Assembly: GCA_964057225.1 (NCBI GenBank)
Contig: OZ059897.1
Span: forward strand, 20,212,001-20,276,000
Direction of reading: 5' to 3'
Origin: Auanema rhodensis
Taxonomy: Eukaryota > Animalia > Nematoda
Length of the DNA: 64,000 nucleotides
Made by a program: the position numbers and the translations under genes. Below the pieces are notes generated by a model. It was not told where the DNA came from. It ran no database searches and worked only from the letters and a program-made list of their open reading frames with translations. Below are positions 23,517-39,100 of this stretch, piece by piece. How positions within the stretch are numbered: position 1 is the first letter of the stretch; every line of letters starts with the position of its first letter.

Positions 23517-26500
23517 TAACACAGATCGACGCAGCTTAAAAATCCGCATCGAATGCACTATACTACATAGAAGAACGCTTAATACAAAAATTAGTTATGA
23601 TCGTTTGAAAAATGATGCATTAGTGTATGTTGAGTTTCCATGTACACTCAACATTGCTTCCAAAAACATTTTGACAAAAATTTTTTCGAAAAATTTCAAA
23701 ATAATTTAGCAAAAAGTAGATGTTTTTAGATTCCTTTTTTCAAGGCAAAGACAATGGACCATGTTATTCAACGAAAAAATTAATTCTTCAGGGTGAAAAT
23801 CGAGGATATAAGTGTAAACTTATATCATTTGATATCTCGGTGCATTTTTAAGCTAGCGCAAATCTGATAACACAGATCGACGCAGCTTAAAAATCCGCAT
23901 CGAATGCACTATACTACATTAAGAAACGCTTAATACAAAAATTAGTTATGATCGTTTGAAAAATGATGCATTAGTGTATGTTGAGTTTCCATGTACACTC
24001 AACATTGCTTCCAAAAACATTTTGACAAAAATTTTTTCGAAAAATTTCAAAATAATTTAGCAAAAAGTAGATGTTTTTAGATTCCTTTTTTCAAGGCAAA
24101 GACGATGAACAATGTTATTCAACGAAAAAATTAATTCTTCAGGGTGAAAATCGAGGATATAAGTGTAAACTTATATCAGTTGATATCTCGGTGCATTTTT
24201 AAGCTAGCGCAAATCTGATAACACAGATCGACGCAGCTTAAAATTCCGCATCGAATGCACTATACTACAATGAGAAACGCTTAATACAAAAATTAGTTAT
24301 GATCGTTTGAAAAATGATGCATTAGTGTATGTTGAGTTTCCATGTACACTCAACATTGCTTCCAAAAACATTTTGACAAAAATTTTTTCGAAAAATTTTA
24401 AAATAATTTAGCAAAAAGTAGATGTTTTTAGATTCCTTTTTTCAAGGCAAAGACGATGGACAATGTTATTCAACGAAAAAATTAATTCTTCAGGGTGAAA
24501 ATCGAGGATATAAGTGTGAACTTATATCAGTTGATATCTCGGTGCATTTTTAAGCTAGCGCAAATCTGATAACACAGATCGACGCAGCTTAAAAATCCGC
24601 ATCGAATGCACTATACTACATTGAGAAACGCTTAATACAAAAATTAGTTATGATCGTTTGAAAAATGATGCATTAGTGTATGTTGAGTTTCCATGTACGC
24701 TCAACATTGCTTCCAAAAACATTTTGACAAAAATTTTTTCGAAAAATTTCGAAATAATTTAGCAAAAAGTAGATGTTTTTAGATTCCTTTTTTCAAGGCA
24801 AAGAAGATGGACAATGTTATTCAACGAAAAAATTAATTCTTCAGGGTGAAAATCGAGGATATAAGTGTGAACTTATATCAGTTGATATCTCGGTACATTT
24901 TTAAGCTAGCGCAAATCTGATAACACAGATCGACGCAGCTTAAAAATCCGCATCGAATGCACTATACTACATGGAAGAACGCTTAATACAAAAATTAGTT
25001 ATGATCGTTTGAAAAATGATGCATTAGTGTATGTTGAGTTTCCATGTACACTCAACATTGCTTCCAAAAACATTTTGACAAAAATTTTTTCGAAAAATTT
25101 CAAAATAATTTAGCAAAAAGTAGATGTTTTTAGATTCCTTTTTTCAAGGCAAAGACGATGGACAATGTTATTTAACGAAAAAATTAATTCTTCAGGGTGA
25201 AAATCGAGGATAAAAGTGTAAACTTATATCAGTTGATATCTCGGTGCATTTTTAAGCTAGCGCAAATCTGATAACACAGATCGACGCAGCTTAAAAATCC
25301 GCATCGAATGCACTATACTACATTGAGAAACGCTTAATACAAAAATTAGTTATGATCGTTTGAAAAATGATGCATTAGTGTATGTTGAGTTTCCATGTAC
25401 ACTCAACATTGCTTCCAAAAACATTTTGACAAAAATTTTTTCGAAAAATTTCAAAATAATTTAGCAAAAAGTAGATGTTTTTAGATTCCTTTTTTCAAGG
25501 CAAAGACAATGGACCATGTTATTCAACGAAAAAATTAATTCTTCAGGGTGAAAATCGAGGATATAAGTGTGAACTTATATCAGTTGATATCTCGGTGCAT
25601 TTTTAAGCTAGCGCAAATCTGATAACACAGATCGACGCAGCTTAAAAATCCGCATCGAATGCACTATACTACATTAAGAAACGCTTAATACAAAAATTAG
25701 TTATGATCGTTTGAAAAATGATGCATTAGTGTATGTTGAGTTTCCATGTACACTCAACATTGCTTCCAAAAACATTTTGACAAAAATTTTTTCGAAAAAT
25801 TTCAGAATAATTTAGCAAAAAGTAGATGTTTTTAGATTCCTTTTTTCAAGGCGAAGACGATGGACAATGTTATTCAACGAAAAAATTAATTCTTCAGGGT
25901 GAAAATCGAGGATATATGTGTGAACTTATATCAGTTGATATCTCGGTACATTTTTAAGCTAGCGCAAATCTGATAACACAGATCGACGCAGCTTAAAAAT
26001 CCGCATCGAATGCACTATACTACATGGAAGAACGCTTAATACAAAAATTAGTTATGATCGTTTGAAAAATGATGCATTAGTGTATGTTGAGTTTCCATGT
26101 ACACTCAACATTGCTTCCAAAAACATTTTGACAAAAATTTTTTCGAAAAATTTCAAAATAATTTAGCAAAAAGTAGATGTTTTTAGATTCCTTTTTTCAA
26201 GGCAAAGACGATGGACAATGTTATTCAACGAAAAAATTATTTCTTCAGGGTGAAAATCGAGGATATAAGTGTGAACTTATATCAGTTGATATATCGGTGC
26301 ATTTTTAAGCTAGCGCAAATCTGATAACACAGATCGACGCAGCTTAAAAATCCGCATCGAATACACTATACTACATTAAGAAACGCTTAATACAAAAATT
26401 AGTTATGATCGTTTGAAAAATGATGCATTAGTGTATGTTGAGTTTCCATGTACACTCAACATTGCTTCCAAAAACATTTTGACAAAAATTTTTTCGAAAA

Positions 26501-29500
26501 ATTTCAAAATAATTTAGCAAAAAGTAGATGTTTTTAGATTCCTTTTTTCAAGGCAAAGACGATGGACAATGTTATTCAACGAAAAAAATAATTCTTCAGG
26601 GTGAAAATCGGGTATATATGTGTGAACTTATATCAGTTGATATCTCGGTGCATTTTTAAGCTAGCGCAAATCTGATAACACAGATCGACGCAGCTTGAAA
26701 ATCCGCATCGAATGCACTATACTACATGGAAGAACGCTTAATACAAAAATTAGTTATGATCGTTTGAAAAATGATGCATTAGTGTATGTTGAGTTTCCAT
26801 GTACACTCAACATTGCTTCCAAAAACATTTTGACAAAAATTTTTTCGAAAAATTTCAAAATAATTTAGCAAAAAGTAGATGTTTTTAGATTCCTTTTTTC
26901 AAGGCAAAGACAATGGACCATGTTATTCAACGAAAAAATTAATTCTTCAGGGTGAAAATCGAGGATATAAGTGTAAACTTATATCATTTGATATCTCGGT
27001 GCATTTTTAAGCTAGCGCAAATCTGATAACACAGATCGACGCAGCTTAAAAATCCGCATCGAGTGCACTATACTACATTAAGAAACGCTTAATACAAAAA
27101 TTAGTTATGATCGTTTGAAAAATGATGCATTAGTGTATGTTGAGTTTCCATGTACACTCAACATTGCTTCCAAAAACATTTTGACAAAAATTTTTTCGAA
27201 AAATTTCAAAATAATTTAGCAAAAAGTAGATGTTTTTAGATTCCTTTTTTCAAGGCAAAGACGATGAACAATGTTATTCAACGAAAAAATTAATTCTTCA
27301 GGGTGAAAATCGAGGATATAAGTGTAAACTTATATCAGTTGATATCTCGGTGCATTTTTAAGCTAGCGCAAATCTGATAACACAGATCGACGCAGCTTAA
27401 ACATCCGCATCGAATGCACTATACTACATTGAGAAACGCTTAATACAAAAATTAGTTATGATCGTTTGAAAAATGATGCATTAGTGTATGTTGAGTTTCC
27501 ATGTACACTCAACATTGCTTCCAAAAACATTTTGACAAAAATTTTTTCGAAAAATTTTAAAATAATTTAGCAAAAAGTAGATGTTTTTAGATTCCTTTTT
27601 TCAAGGCAAAGACGATGGACAATGTTATTCAACGAAAAAATTAATTCTTCAGGGTGAAAATCGAGGATATAAGTGTGAACTTATATCAGTTGATATCTCG
27701 GTGCATTTTTAAGCTAGCGCAAATCTGATAACACAGATCGACGCAGCTTAAAAATCCGCATCGAATGCACTTTACTACATTAAGAAACGCTTAATACAAA
27801 AATTAGTTATGATCGTTTGAAAAATGATGCATTAGTGTATGTTGAGTTTCCATGTACGCTCAACATTGCTTCCAAAAACATTTTGACAAAAATTTTTTCG
27901 AAAAATTTCGAAATAATTTAGCAAAAAGTAGATGTTTTTAGATTCCTTTTTTCAAGGCAAAGAAGATGGACAATGTTATTCAACGAAAAAATTAATTCTT
28001 CAGGGTGAAAATCGAGGATATAAGTGTGAACTTATATCAGTTGATATCTCGGTACATTTTTAAGCTAGCGCAAATCTGATAACACAGATCGACGCAGCTT
28101 AAAAATCCGCATCGAATGCACTATACTACATGGAAGAACGCTTAATACAAAAATTAGTTATGATCGTTTGAAAAATGATGCATTAGTGTATGTTGAGTTT
28201 CCATGTACACTCAACATTGCTTCCAAAAACATTTTGACAAAAATTTTTTCGAAAAATTTCAAAATAATTTAGCAAAAAGTAGATGTTTTTAGATACCTTT
28301 TTTCAAGGCAAAGACGATGAACAATGTTATTCAACGAAAAAATTAATTCTTCAGGGTGAAAATCGAGGATATAAGTGTAAACTTATATCAGTTGATATCT
28401 CGGTGCATTTTTAAGCTAGCGCAAATCTGATAACACAGATCGACGCAGCTTAAAAATCCGCATCGAATGCACTATACTACATTGAGAAACGCTTAATACA
28501 AAAATTAGTTATGATCGTTTGAAAAATGATGCATTAGTGTATGTTGAGTTTCCATGTACACTCAACATTGCTTCCAAAAACATTTTGACAAAAATTTTTT
28601 CGAAAAATTTCAAAATAATTTAGCAAAAAGTAGATGTTTTTAGATTCCTTTTTTCAAGGCAAAGACGATGGACAATGTTATTTAACGAAAAAATTAATTC
28701 TTCAGGGTGAAAATCGAGGATAAAAGTGTAAACTTATATCAGTTGATATCTCGGTGCATTTTTAAGCTAGCGCAAATCTGATAACACAGATCGACGCAGC
28801 TTAAAAATCCGCATCGAATGCACTATACTACATTGAGAAACGCTTAATACAAAAATTAGTTATGATCGTTTGAAAAATGATGCATTAGTGTATGTTGAGT
28901 TTCCATGTACACTCAACATTGCTTCCAAAAACATTTTGACAAAAATTTTTTCGAAAAATTTCAAAATAATTTAGCAAAAAGTAGATGTTTTTAGATTCCT
29001 TTTTTCAAGGCAAAGACAATGGACCATGTTATTCAACGAAAAAATTAATTCTTCAGGGTGAAAATCGAGGATATAAGTGTGAACTTATATCAGTTGATAT
29101 CTCGGTGCATTTTTAAGCTAGCGCAAATCTGATAACACAGATCGACGCAGCTTAAAAATCCGCATCGAATGCACTATACTACATTAAGAAACGCTTAATA
29201 CAAAAATTAGTTATGATCGTTTGAAAAATGATGCATTAGTGTATGTTGAGTTTCCATGTACACTCAACATTGCTTCCAAAAACATTTTGACAAAAATTTT
29301 TTCGAAAAATTTCAGAATAATTTAGCAAAAAGTAGATGTTTTTAGATTCCTTTTTTCAAGGCGAAGACGATGGACAATGTTATTCAACGAAAAAATTAAT
29401 TCTTCAGGGTGAAAATCGAGGATATATGTGTGAACTTATATCAGTTGATATCTCGGTACATTTTTAAGCTAGCGCAAATCTGATAACACAGATCGACGCA

Positions 29501-30185
29501 GCTTAAAAATCCGCATCGAATGCACTATACTACATGGAAGAACGCTTAATACAAAAATTAGTTATGATCGTTTGAAAAATGATGCATTAGTGTATGTTGA
29601 GTTTCCATGTACACTCAACATTGCTTCCAAAAACATTTTGACAAAAATTTTTTCGAAAAATTTCAAAATAATTTAGCAAAAAGTAGATGTTTTTAGATTC
29701 CTTTTTTCAAGGCAAAGACGATGGACAATGTTATTCAACGAAAAAATTATTTCTTCAGGGTGAAAATCGAGGATATAAGTGTGAACTTATATCAGTTGAT
29801 ATATCGGTGCATTTTTAAGCTAGCGCAAATCTGATAACACAGATCGACGCAGCTTAAAAATCCGCATCGAATGCACTATACTACATTAAGAAACGCTTAA
29901 TACAAAAATTAGTTATGATCGTTTGAAAAATGATGCATTAGTGTATGTTGAGTTTCCATGTACACTCAACATTGCTTCCAAAAACATTTTGACAAAAATT
30001 TTTTCGAAAAATTTCAAAATAATTTAGCAAAAAGTAGATGTTTTTAGATTCCTTTTTTCAAGGCAAAGACGATGGACAATGTTATTCAACGAAAAAAATA
30101 ATTCTTCAGGGTGAAAATCGGGTATATATGTGTGAACTTATATCAGTTGATATCTCGGTGCATTTTTAAGCTAGCGCAAATCTGA
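23517..30185. repeat. Tandem 9-mer/10-mer higher-order duplication (M68-M76 vs M77-M86)
   Basis: Rare marker set m130G/m182G/m236A recurs at 3159 bp (m182G at 24751 and 27910). After one extra monomer the offset becomes 3510 bp (CGGGTATATATG variant at 26611 and 30121). Confidence 0.82.
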
Positions 30186-33100
30186 TAACACAGATCGACG
30201 CAGCTTGAAAATCCGCATCGAATGCACTATACTACATGGAAGAACGCTTAATACAAAAATTAGTTATGATCGTTTGAAAAATGATGCATTAGTGTATGTT
30301 GAGTTTCCATGTACACTCAACATTGCTTCCAAAAACATTTTGACAAAAATTTTTTCGAAAAATTTCAAAATAATTTAGCAAAAAGTAGATGTTTTTAGAT
30401 TCCTTTTTTCAAGGCAAAGACGATGGACAATGTTATTTAACGAAAAAATTAATTCTTCAGGGTGAAAATCGAGGATAAAAGTTTAAACTTATATCAGTTG
30501 ATATCTCGGTGCATTTTTAAGCTAGCGCAAATCTGATAACACAGATCGACGCAGCTTAAAAATCCGCATCGAATGCACTATACTACATTGAGAAACGCTT
30601 AATACAAAAATTAGTTATGATCGTTTGAAAAATGATGCATTAGTGTATGTTGAGTTTCCATGTACACTCAACATTGCTTCCAAAAACATTTTGACAAAAA
30701 TTTTTTCGAAAAATTTCAAAATAATTTAGCAAAAAGTAGATGTTTTTAGATTCCTTTTTTCAAGGCAAAGACGATGGACAATGTTATTTAACGAAAAAAT
30801 TAATTCTTCAGGGTGAAAATCGAGGATAAAAGTGTAAACTTATATCAGTTGATATCTCGGTGCATTTTTAAGCTAGCGCAAATCTGATAACACAGATCGA
30901 CGCAGCTTAAAAATCCGCATCGAATGCACTATACTACATTGAGAAACGCTTAATACAAAAATTAGTTATGATCGTTTGAAAAATGATGCATTAGTGTATG
31001 TTGAGTTTCCATGTACACTCAACATTGCTTCCAAAAACATTTTGACAAAAATTTTTTCGAAAAATTTCAAAATAATTTAGCAAAAAGTAGATGTTTTTAG
31101 ATTCCTTTTTTCAAGGCAAAGACAATGGACCATGTTATTCAACGAAAAAAATAATTCTTCAGGGTGAAAATCGGGTATATATGTGTGAACTTATATCAGT
31201 TGATATCTCGGTGCATTTTTAAGCTAGCGCAAATCTGATAACACAGATCGACGCAGCTTGAAAATCCGCATCGAATGCACTATACTACATGGAAGAACGC
31301 TTAATACAAAAATTAGTTATGATCGTTTGAAAAATGATGCATTAGTGTATGTTGAGTTTCCATGTACACTCAACATTGCTTCCAAAAACATTTTGACAAA
31401 AATTTTTTCGAAAAATTTCAAAATAATTTAGCAAAAAGTAGATGTTTTTAGATTCCTTTTTTCAAGGCAAAGACGATGGACAATGTTATTCAACGAAAAA
31501 AATAATTCTTCAGGGTGAAAATCGGGTATATATGTGTGAACTTATATCAGTTGATATCTCGGTGCATTTTTAAGCTAGCGCAAATCTGATAACACAGATC
31601 GACGCAGCTTGAAAATCCGCATCGAATGCACTATACTACATGGAAGAACGCTTAATACAAAAATTAGTTATGATCGTTTGAAAAATGATGCATTAGTGTA
31701 TGTTGAGTTTCCATGTACACTCAACATTGCTTCCAAAAACATTTTGACAAAAATTTTTTCGAAAAATTTCAAAATAATTTAGCAAAAAGTAGATGTTTTT
31801 AGATTCCTTTTTTCAAGGCAAAGACGATGGACAATGTTATTTAACGAAAAAATTAATTCTTCAGGGTGAAAATCGAGGATAAAAGTGTAAACTTATATCA
31901 GTTGATATCTCGGTGCATTTTTAAGCTAGCGCAAATCTGATAACACAGATCGACGCAGCTTAAAAATCCGCATCGAATGCACTATACTACATTGAGAAAC
32001 GCTTAATACAAAAATTAGTTATGATCGTTTGAAAAATGATGCATTAGTGTATGTTGAGTTTCCATGTACACTCAACATTGCTTCCAAAAACATTTTGACA
32101 AAAATTTTTTCGAAAAATTTCAAAATAATTTAGCAAAAAGTAGATGTTTTTAGATTCCTTTTTTCAAGGCAAAGACGATGGACAATGTTATTTAACGAAA
32201 AAATTAATTCTTCAGGGTGAAAATCGAGGATAAAAGTGTAAACTTATATCAGTTGATATCTCGGTGCATTTTTAAGCTAGCGCAAATCTGATAACACAGA
32301 TCGACGCAGCTTAAAAATCCGCATCGAATGCACTATACTACATTGAGAAACGCTTAATACAAAAATTAGTTATGATCGTTTGAAAAATGATGCATTAGTG
32401 TATGTTGAGTTTCCATGTACACTCAACATTGCTTCCAAAAACATTTTGACAAAAATTTTTTCGAAAAATTTCAAAATAATTTAGCAAAAAGTAGATGTTT
32501 TTAGATTCCTTTTTTCAAGGCAAAGACAATGGACCATGTTATTCAACGAAAAAATTAATTCTTCAGGGTGAAAATCGAGGATATAAGTGTGAACTTATAT
32601 CAGTTGATATCTCGGTGCATTTTTAAGCTAGCGCAAATCTGATAACACAGATCGACGCAGCTTAAAAATCCGCATCGAATGCACTATACTACATTAAGAA
32701 ATGCTTAATACAAAAATTAGTTATGATCGTTTGAAAAATGATGCATTAGTGTATGTTGAGTTTCCATGTACACTCAACATTGCTTCCAAAAACATTTTGA
32801 CAAAAATTTTTTCGAAAAATTTCAAAATAATTTAGCAAAAAGTAGATGTTTTTAGATTCCTTTTTTCAAGGCAAAGACGATGGACAATGTTATTTAACGA
32901 AAAAATTAATTCTTCAGGGTGAAAATCGAGGATAAAAGTGTAAACTTATATCAGTTGATATCTCGGTGCATTTTTAAGCTAGCGCAAATCTGATAACACA
33001 GATCGACGCAGCTTAAAAATCCGCATCGAATGCACTATACTACATTGAGAAACGCTTAATACAAAAATTAGTTATGATCGTTTGAAAAATGATGCATTAG

Positions 33101-36100
33101 TGTATGTTGAGTTTCCATGTACACTCAACATTGCTTCCAAAAACATTTTGACAAAAATTTTTTCGAAAAATTTCAAAATAATTTAGCAAAAAGTAGATGT
33201 TTTTAGATTCCTTTTTTCAAGGCAAAGACGATGGACAATGTTATTTAACGAAAAAATTAATTCTTCAGGGTGAAAATCGAGGATAAAAGTGTAAACTTAT
33301 ATCAGTTGATATCTCGGTGCATTTTTAAGCTAGCGCAAATCTGATAACACAGATCGACGCAACTTAAAAATCCGCATCGAATGCACTATATTACATTGAG
33401 AAACGCTTAATACAAAAATTAGTTATGATCGTTTGAAAAATGATGCATTAGTGTATGTTGAGTTTCCATGTACACTCAACATTGCTTCCAAAAACATTTT
33501 GACAAAAATTTTTTCGAAAAATTTCAAAATAATTTAGCAAAAAGTAGATGTTTTTAGATTCCTTTTTTCAAGGCAAAGACAATGGACCATGTTATTCAAC
33601 GAAAAAATTAATTCTTCAGGGTGAAAATCGAGGATATAAGTGTGAACTTATATCAGTTGATATCTCGGTGCATTTTTAAGCTAGCGCAAATCTGATAACA
33701 CAGATCGACGCAGCTTAAAAATCCGCATCGAATGCACTATACTACATTAAGAAACGCTTAATACAAAAATTAGTTATGATCGTTTGAAAAATGATGCATT
33801 AGTGTATGTTGAGTTTCCATGTACACTCAACATTGCTTCCAAAAACATTTTGACAAAAATTTTTTCGAAAAATTTCAGAATAATTTAGCAAAAAGTAGAT
33901 GTTTTTAGATTCCTTTTTTCAAGGCGAAGACGATGGACAATGTTATTCAACGAAAAAATTAATTCTTCAGGGTGAAAATCGAGGATATAAGTGTGAACTT
34001 ATATCAGTTGATATCTCGGTACATTTTTAAGCTAGCGCAAATCTGATAACACAGATCGACGCAGCTTAAAAATCCGCATCGAATGCACTATACTACATGG
34101 AAGAACGCTTAATACAAAAATTAGTTATGATCGTTTGAAAAATGATGCATTAGTGTATGTTGAGTTTCCATGTACACTCAACATTGCTTCCAAAAACATT
34201 TTGACAAAAATTTTTTCGAAAAATTTCAAAATAATTTAGCAAAAAGTAGATGTTTTTAGATTCCTTTTTTCAAGGCAAAGACGATGGACAATGTTATTCA
34301 ACGAAAAAATTATTTCTTCAGGGTGAAAATCGAGGATATAAGTGTGAACTTATATCAGTTGATATATCGGTACATTTTTAAGCTAGCGCAAATCTGATAA
34401 CACAGATCGACGCAGCTTAAAAATCCGCATCGAATGCACTATACTACATGGAAGAACGCTTAATACAAAAATTAGTTATGATCGTTTGAAAAATGATGCA
34501 TTAGTGTATGTTGAGTTTCCATGTACACTCAACATTGCTTCCAAAAACATTTTGACAAAAATTTTTTCGAAAAATTTCAAAATAATTTAGCAAAAAGTAG
34601 ATGTTTTTAGATTCCTTTTTTCAAGGCAAAGACGATGGACAATGTTATTCAACGAAAAAATTATTTCTTCAGGGTGAAAATCGAGGATATAAGTGTGAAC
34701 TTATATCAGTTGATATATCGGTGCATTTTTAAGCTAGCGCAAATCTGATAACACAGATCGACGCAGCTTAAAAATCCGCATCGAATGCACTATACTACAT
34801 TAAGAAACGCTTAATACAAAAATTAGTTATGATCGTTTGAAAAATGATGCATTAGTGTATGTTGAGTTTCCATGTACACTCAACATTGCTTCCAAAAACA
34901 TTTTGACAAAAATTTTTTCGAAAAATTTCAAAATAATTTAGCAAAAAGTAGATGTTTTTAGATTCCTTTTTTCAAGGCAAAGACGATGGACAATGTTATT
35001 CAACGAAAAAAATAATTCTTCAGGGTGAAAATCGGGTATATATGTGTGAACTTATATCAGTTGATATCTCGGTGCATTTTTAAGCTAGCGCAAATCTGAT
35101 AACACAGATCGACGCAGCTTGAAAATCCGCATCGAATGCACTATACTACATGGAAGAACGCTTAATACAAAAATTAGTTATGATCGTTTGAAAAATGATG
35201 CATTAGTGTATGTTGAGTTTCCATGTACACTCAACATTGCTTCCAAAAACATTTTGACAAAAATTTTTTCGAAAAATTTCAAAATAATTTAGCAAAAAGT
35301 AGATGTTTTTAGATTCCTTTTTTCAAGGCAAAGACGATGGACAATGTTATTTAACGAAAAAATTAATTCTTCAGGGTGAAAATCGAGGATAAAAGTGTAA
35401 ACTTATATCAGTTGATATCTCGGTGCATTTTTAAGCTAGCGCGAATCTGATAACACAGATCGACGCAGCTTAAAAATCCGCATCGAATGCACTATACTAC
35501 ATTGAGAAACGCTTAATACAAAAATTAGTTATGATCGTTTGAAAAATGATGCATTAGTGTATGTTGAGTTTCCATGTACACTCAACATTGCTTCCAAAAA
35601 CATTTTGACAAAAATTTTTTCGAAAAATTTCAAAATAATTTAGCAAAAAGTAGATGTTTTTAGATTCCTTTTTTCAAGGCAAAGACAATGGACCATGTTA
35701 TTCAACGAAAAAATTAATTCTTCAGGGTGAAAATCGAGGATATAAGTGTAAACTTATATCATTTGATATCTCGGTGCATTTTTAAGCTAGCGCAAATCTG
35801 ATAACACAGATCGACGCAGCTTAAAAATCCGCATCGAATGCACTATACTACATTAAGAAACGCTTAATACAAAAATTAGTTATGATCGTTTGAAAAATGA
35901 TGCATTAGTGTATGTTGAGTTTCCATGTACACTCAACATTGCTTCCAAAAACATTTTGACAAAAATTTTTTCGAAATATTTCAAAATAATTTAGCAAAAA
36001 GTAGATGTTTTTAGATTCCTTTTTTCAAGGCGAAGACGATGGACAATGTTATTCAACGAAAAAATTAATTCTTCAGGGTGAAAATCGAGGATATAAGTGT

Positions 36101-39100
36101 GAACTTATATCAGTTGATATCTCGGTACATTTTTAAGCTAGCGCAAATCTGATAACACAGATCGACGCAGCTTAAAAATCCGCATCGAATGCACTATACT
36201 ACATTAAGAAACGCTTAATACAAAAATTAGTTATGATCGTTTGAAAAATGATGCATTAGTGTATGTTGAGTTTCCATGTACACTCAACATTGCTTCCAAA
36301 AACATTTTGACAAAAATTTTTTCGAAAAATTTCAAAATAATTTAGCAAAAAGTAGATGTTTTTAGATTCCTTTTTTCAAGGCAAAGACAATGGACCATGT
36401 TATTCAACGAAAAAATTAATTCTTCAGGGTGAAAATCGAGGATATAAGTGTGAACTTATATCAGTTGATATCTCGGTACATTTTTAAGCTAGCGCAAATC
36501 TGATAACACAGATCGACGCAGCTTAAAAATCCGCATCGAATGCACTATACTACATGGAAGAACGCTTAATACAAAAATTAGTTATGATCGTTTGAAAAAT
36601 GATGCATTAGTGTATGTTGAGTTTCCATGTACACTCAACATTGCTTCCAAAAACATTTTGACAAAAATTTTTTCGAAAAATTTCAAAATAATTTAGCAAA
36701 AAGTAGATGTTTTTAGATTCCTTTTTTCAAGGCAAAGACGATGGACAATGTTATTCAACGAAAAAATTATTTCTTCAGGGTGAAAATCTAGGATATAAGT
36801 GTGAACTTATATCAGTTGATATATCGGTGCATTTTTAAGCTAGCGCAAATCTGAGAACACAGATCGACGCAGCTTAAAAATCCGCATCGAATGCACTATA
36901 CTACATTAAGAAACGCTTAATACAAAAATTAGTTATGATCGTTTGAAAAATGATGCATTAGTGTATGTTGAGTTTCCATGTACACTCAACATTGCTTCCA
37001 AAAACATTTTGACAAAAATTTTTTCGAAAAATTTCAAAATAATTTAGCAAAAAGTAGATGTTTTTAGATTCCTTTTTTCAAGGCAAAGACGATGGACAAT
37101 GTTATTCAACGAAAAAATTAATTCTTCAGGGTGAAAATCGAGGATATAAGTGTAAACTTATATCAGTTGATATCTCGGTACATTTTTAAGCTAGCGCAAA
37201 TCTGATAACACAGATCGACGCAGCTTAAAAATCCGCATCGAATGCACTATACTACATGGAAGAACGCTTAATACAAAAATTAGTTATGATCGTTTGAAAA
37301 ATGATGCATTAGTGTATGTTGAGTTTCCATGTACACTCAACATTGCTTCCAAAAACATTTTGACAAAAATTTTTTCGAAAAATTTCAAAATAATTTAGCA
37401 AAAAGTAGATGTTTTTAGATTCCTTTTTTCAAGGCAAAGACAATGGACCATGTTATTCAACGAAAAAATTAATTCTTCAGGGTGAAAATCGAGGATATAA
37501 GTGTGAACTTATATCAGTTGATATCTCGGTACATTTTTAAGCTAGCGCAAATCTGATAACACAGATCGACGCAGCTTAAAAATCCGCATCGAATGCACTA
37601 TACTACATTAAGAAACGCTTAATACAAAAATTAGTTATGATCGTTTGAAAAATGATGCATTAGTGTATGTTGAGTTTCCATGTACACTCAACATTGCTTC
37701 CAAAAACATTTTGACAAAAATTTTTTCGAAAAATTTCAAAATAATTTAGCAAAAAGTAGATGTTTTTAGATTCCTTTTTTCAAGGCAAAGACAATGGACC
37801 ATGTTATTCAACGAAAAAATTAATTCTTCAGGGTGAAAATCGAGGATATAAGTGTAAACTTATATCATTTGATATCTCGGTGCATTTTTAAGCTAGCGCA
37901 AATCTGATAACACAGATCGACGCAGCTTAAAAATCCGCATCGAATGCACTATACTACATTAAGAAACGCTTAATACAAAAATTAGTTATGATCGTTTGAA
38001 AAATGATGCATTAGTGTATGTTGAGTTTCCATGTACACTCAACATTGCTTCCAAAAACATTTTGACAAAAATTTTTTCGAAAAATTTCAAAATAATTTAG
38101 CAAAAAGTAGATGTTTTTAGATTCCTTTTTTCAAGGCAAAGACAATGGACCATGTTATTCAACGAAAAAATTAATTCTTCAGGGTGAAAATCGAGGATAT
38201 AAGTGTGAACTTATATCAGTTGATATCTCGGTACATTTTTAAGCTAGCGCAAATCTGATAACACAGATCGACGCAGCTTAAAAATCCGCATCGAATGCAC
38301 TATACTACATTAAGAAACGCTTAATACAAAAATTAGTTATGATCGTTTGAAAAATGATGCATTAGTGTATGTTGAGTTTCCATGTACGCTCAACATTGCT
38401 TCCAAAAACATTTTGACAAAAATTTTTTCGAAAAATTTCAAAATAATTTAGCAAAAAGTAGATGTTTTTAGATTTCTTTTTTCAAGGCAAAGACGATGGA
38501 CAATGTTATTCAACGAAAAAATTAATTCTTCAGGGTGAAAATCGAGGATATAAGTGTGAACTTATATCAGTTGATATATCGGTGCATTTTTAAGCTAGCG
38601 CAAATCTGAGAACACAGATCGACGCAGCTTAAAAATCCGCATCGAATGCACTATACTACATTAAGAAACGCTTAATACAAAAATTAGTTATGATCGTTTG
38701 AAAAATGATGCATTAGTGTATGTTGAGTTTCCATGTACACTCAACATTGCTTCCAAAAACATTTTGACAAAAATTTTTTCGAAAAATTTCAAAATAATTT
38801 AGCAAAAAGTAGATGTTTTTAGATTCCTTTTTTCAAGGCAAAGACGATGGACAATGTTATTCAACGAAAAAATTAATTCTTCAGGGTGAAAATCGAGGAT
38901 ATAAGTGTAAACTTATATCAGTTGATATCTCGGTACATTTTTAAGCTAGCGCAAATCTGATAACACAGATCGACGCAGCTTAAAAATCCGCATCGAATGC
39001 ACTATACTACATGGAAGAACGCTTAATACAAAAATTAGTTATGATCGTTTGAAAAATGATGCATTAGTGTATGTTGAGTTTCCATGTACACTCAACATTG

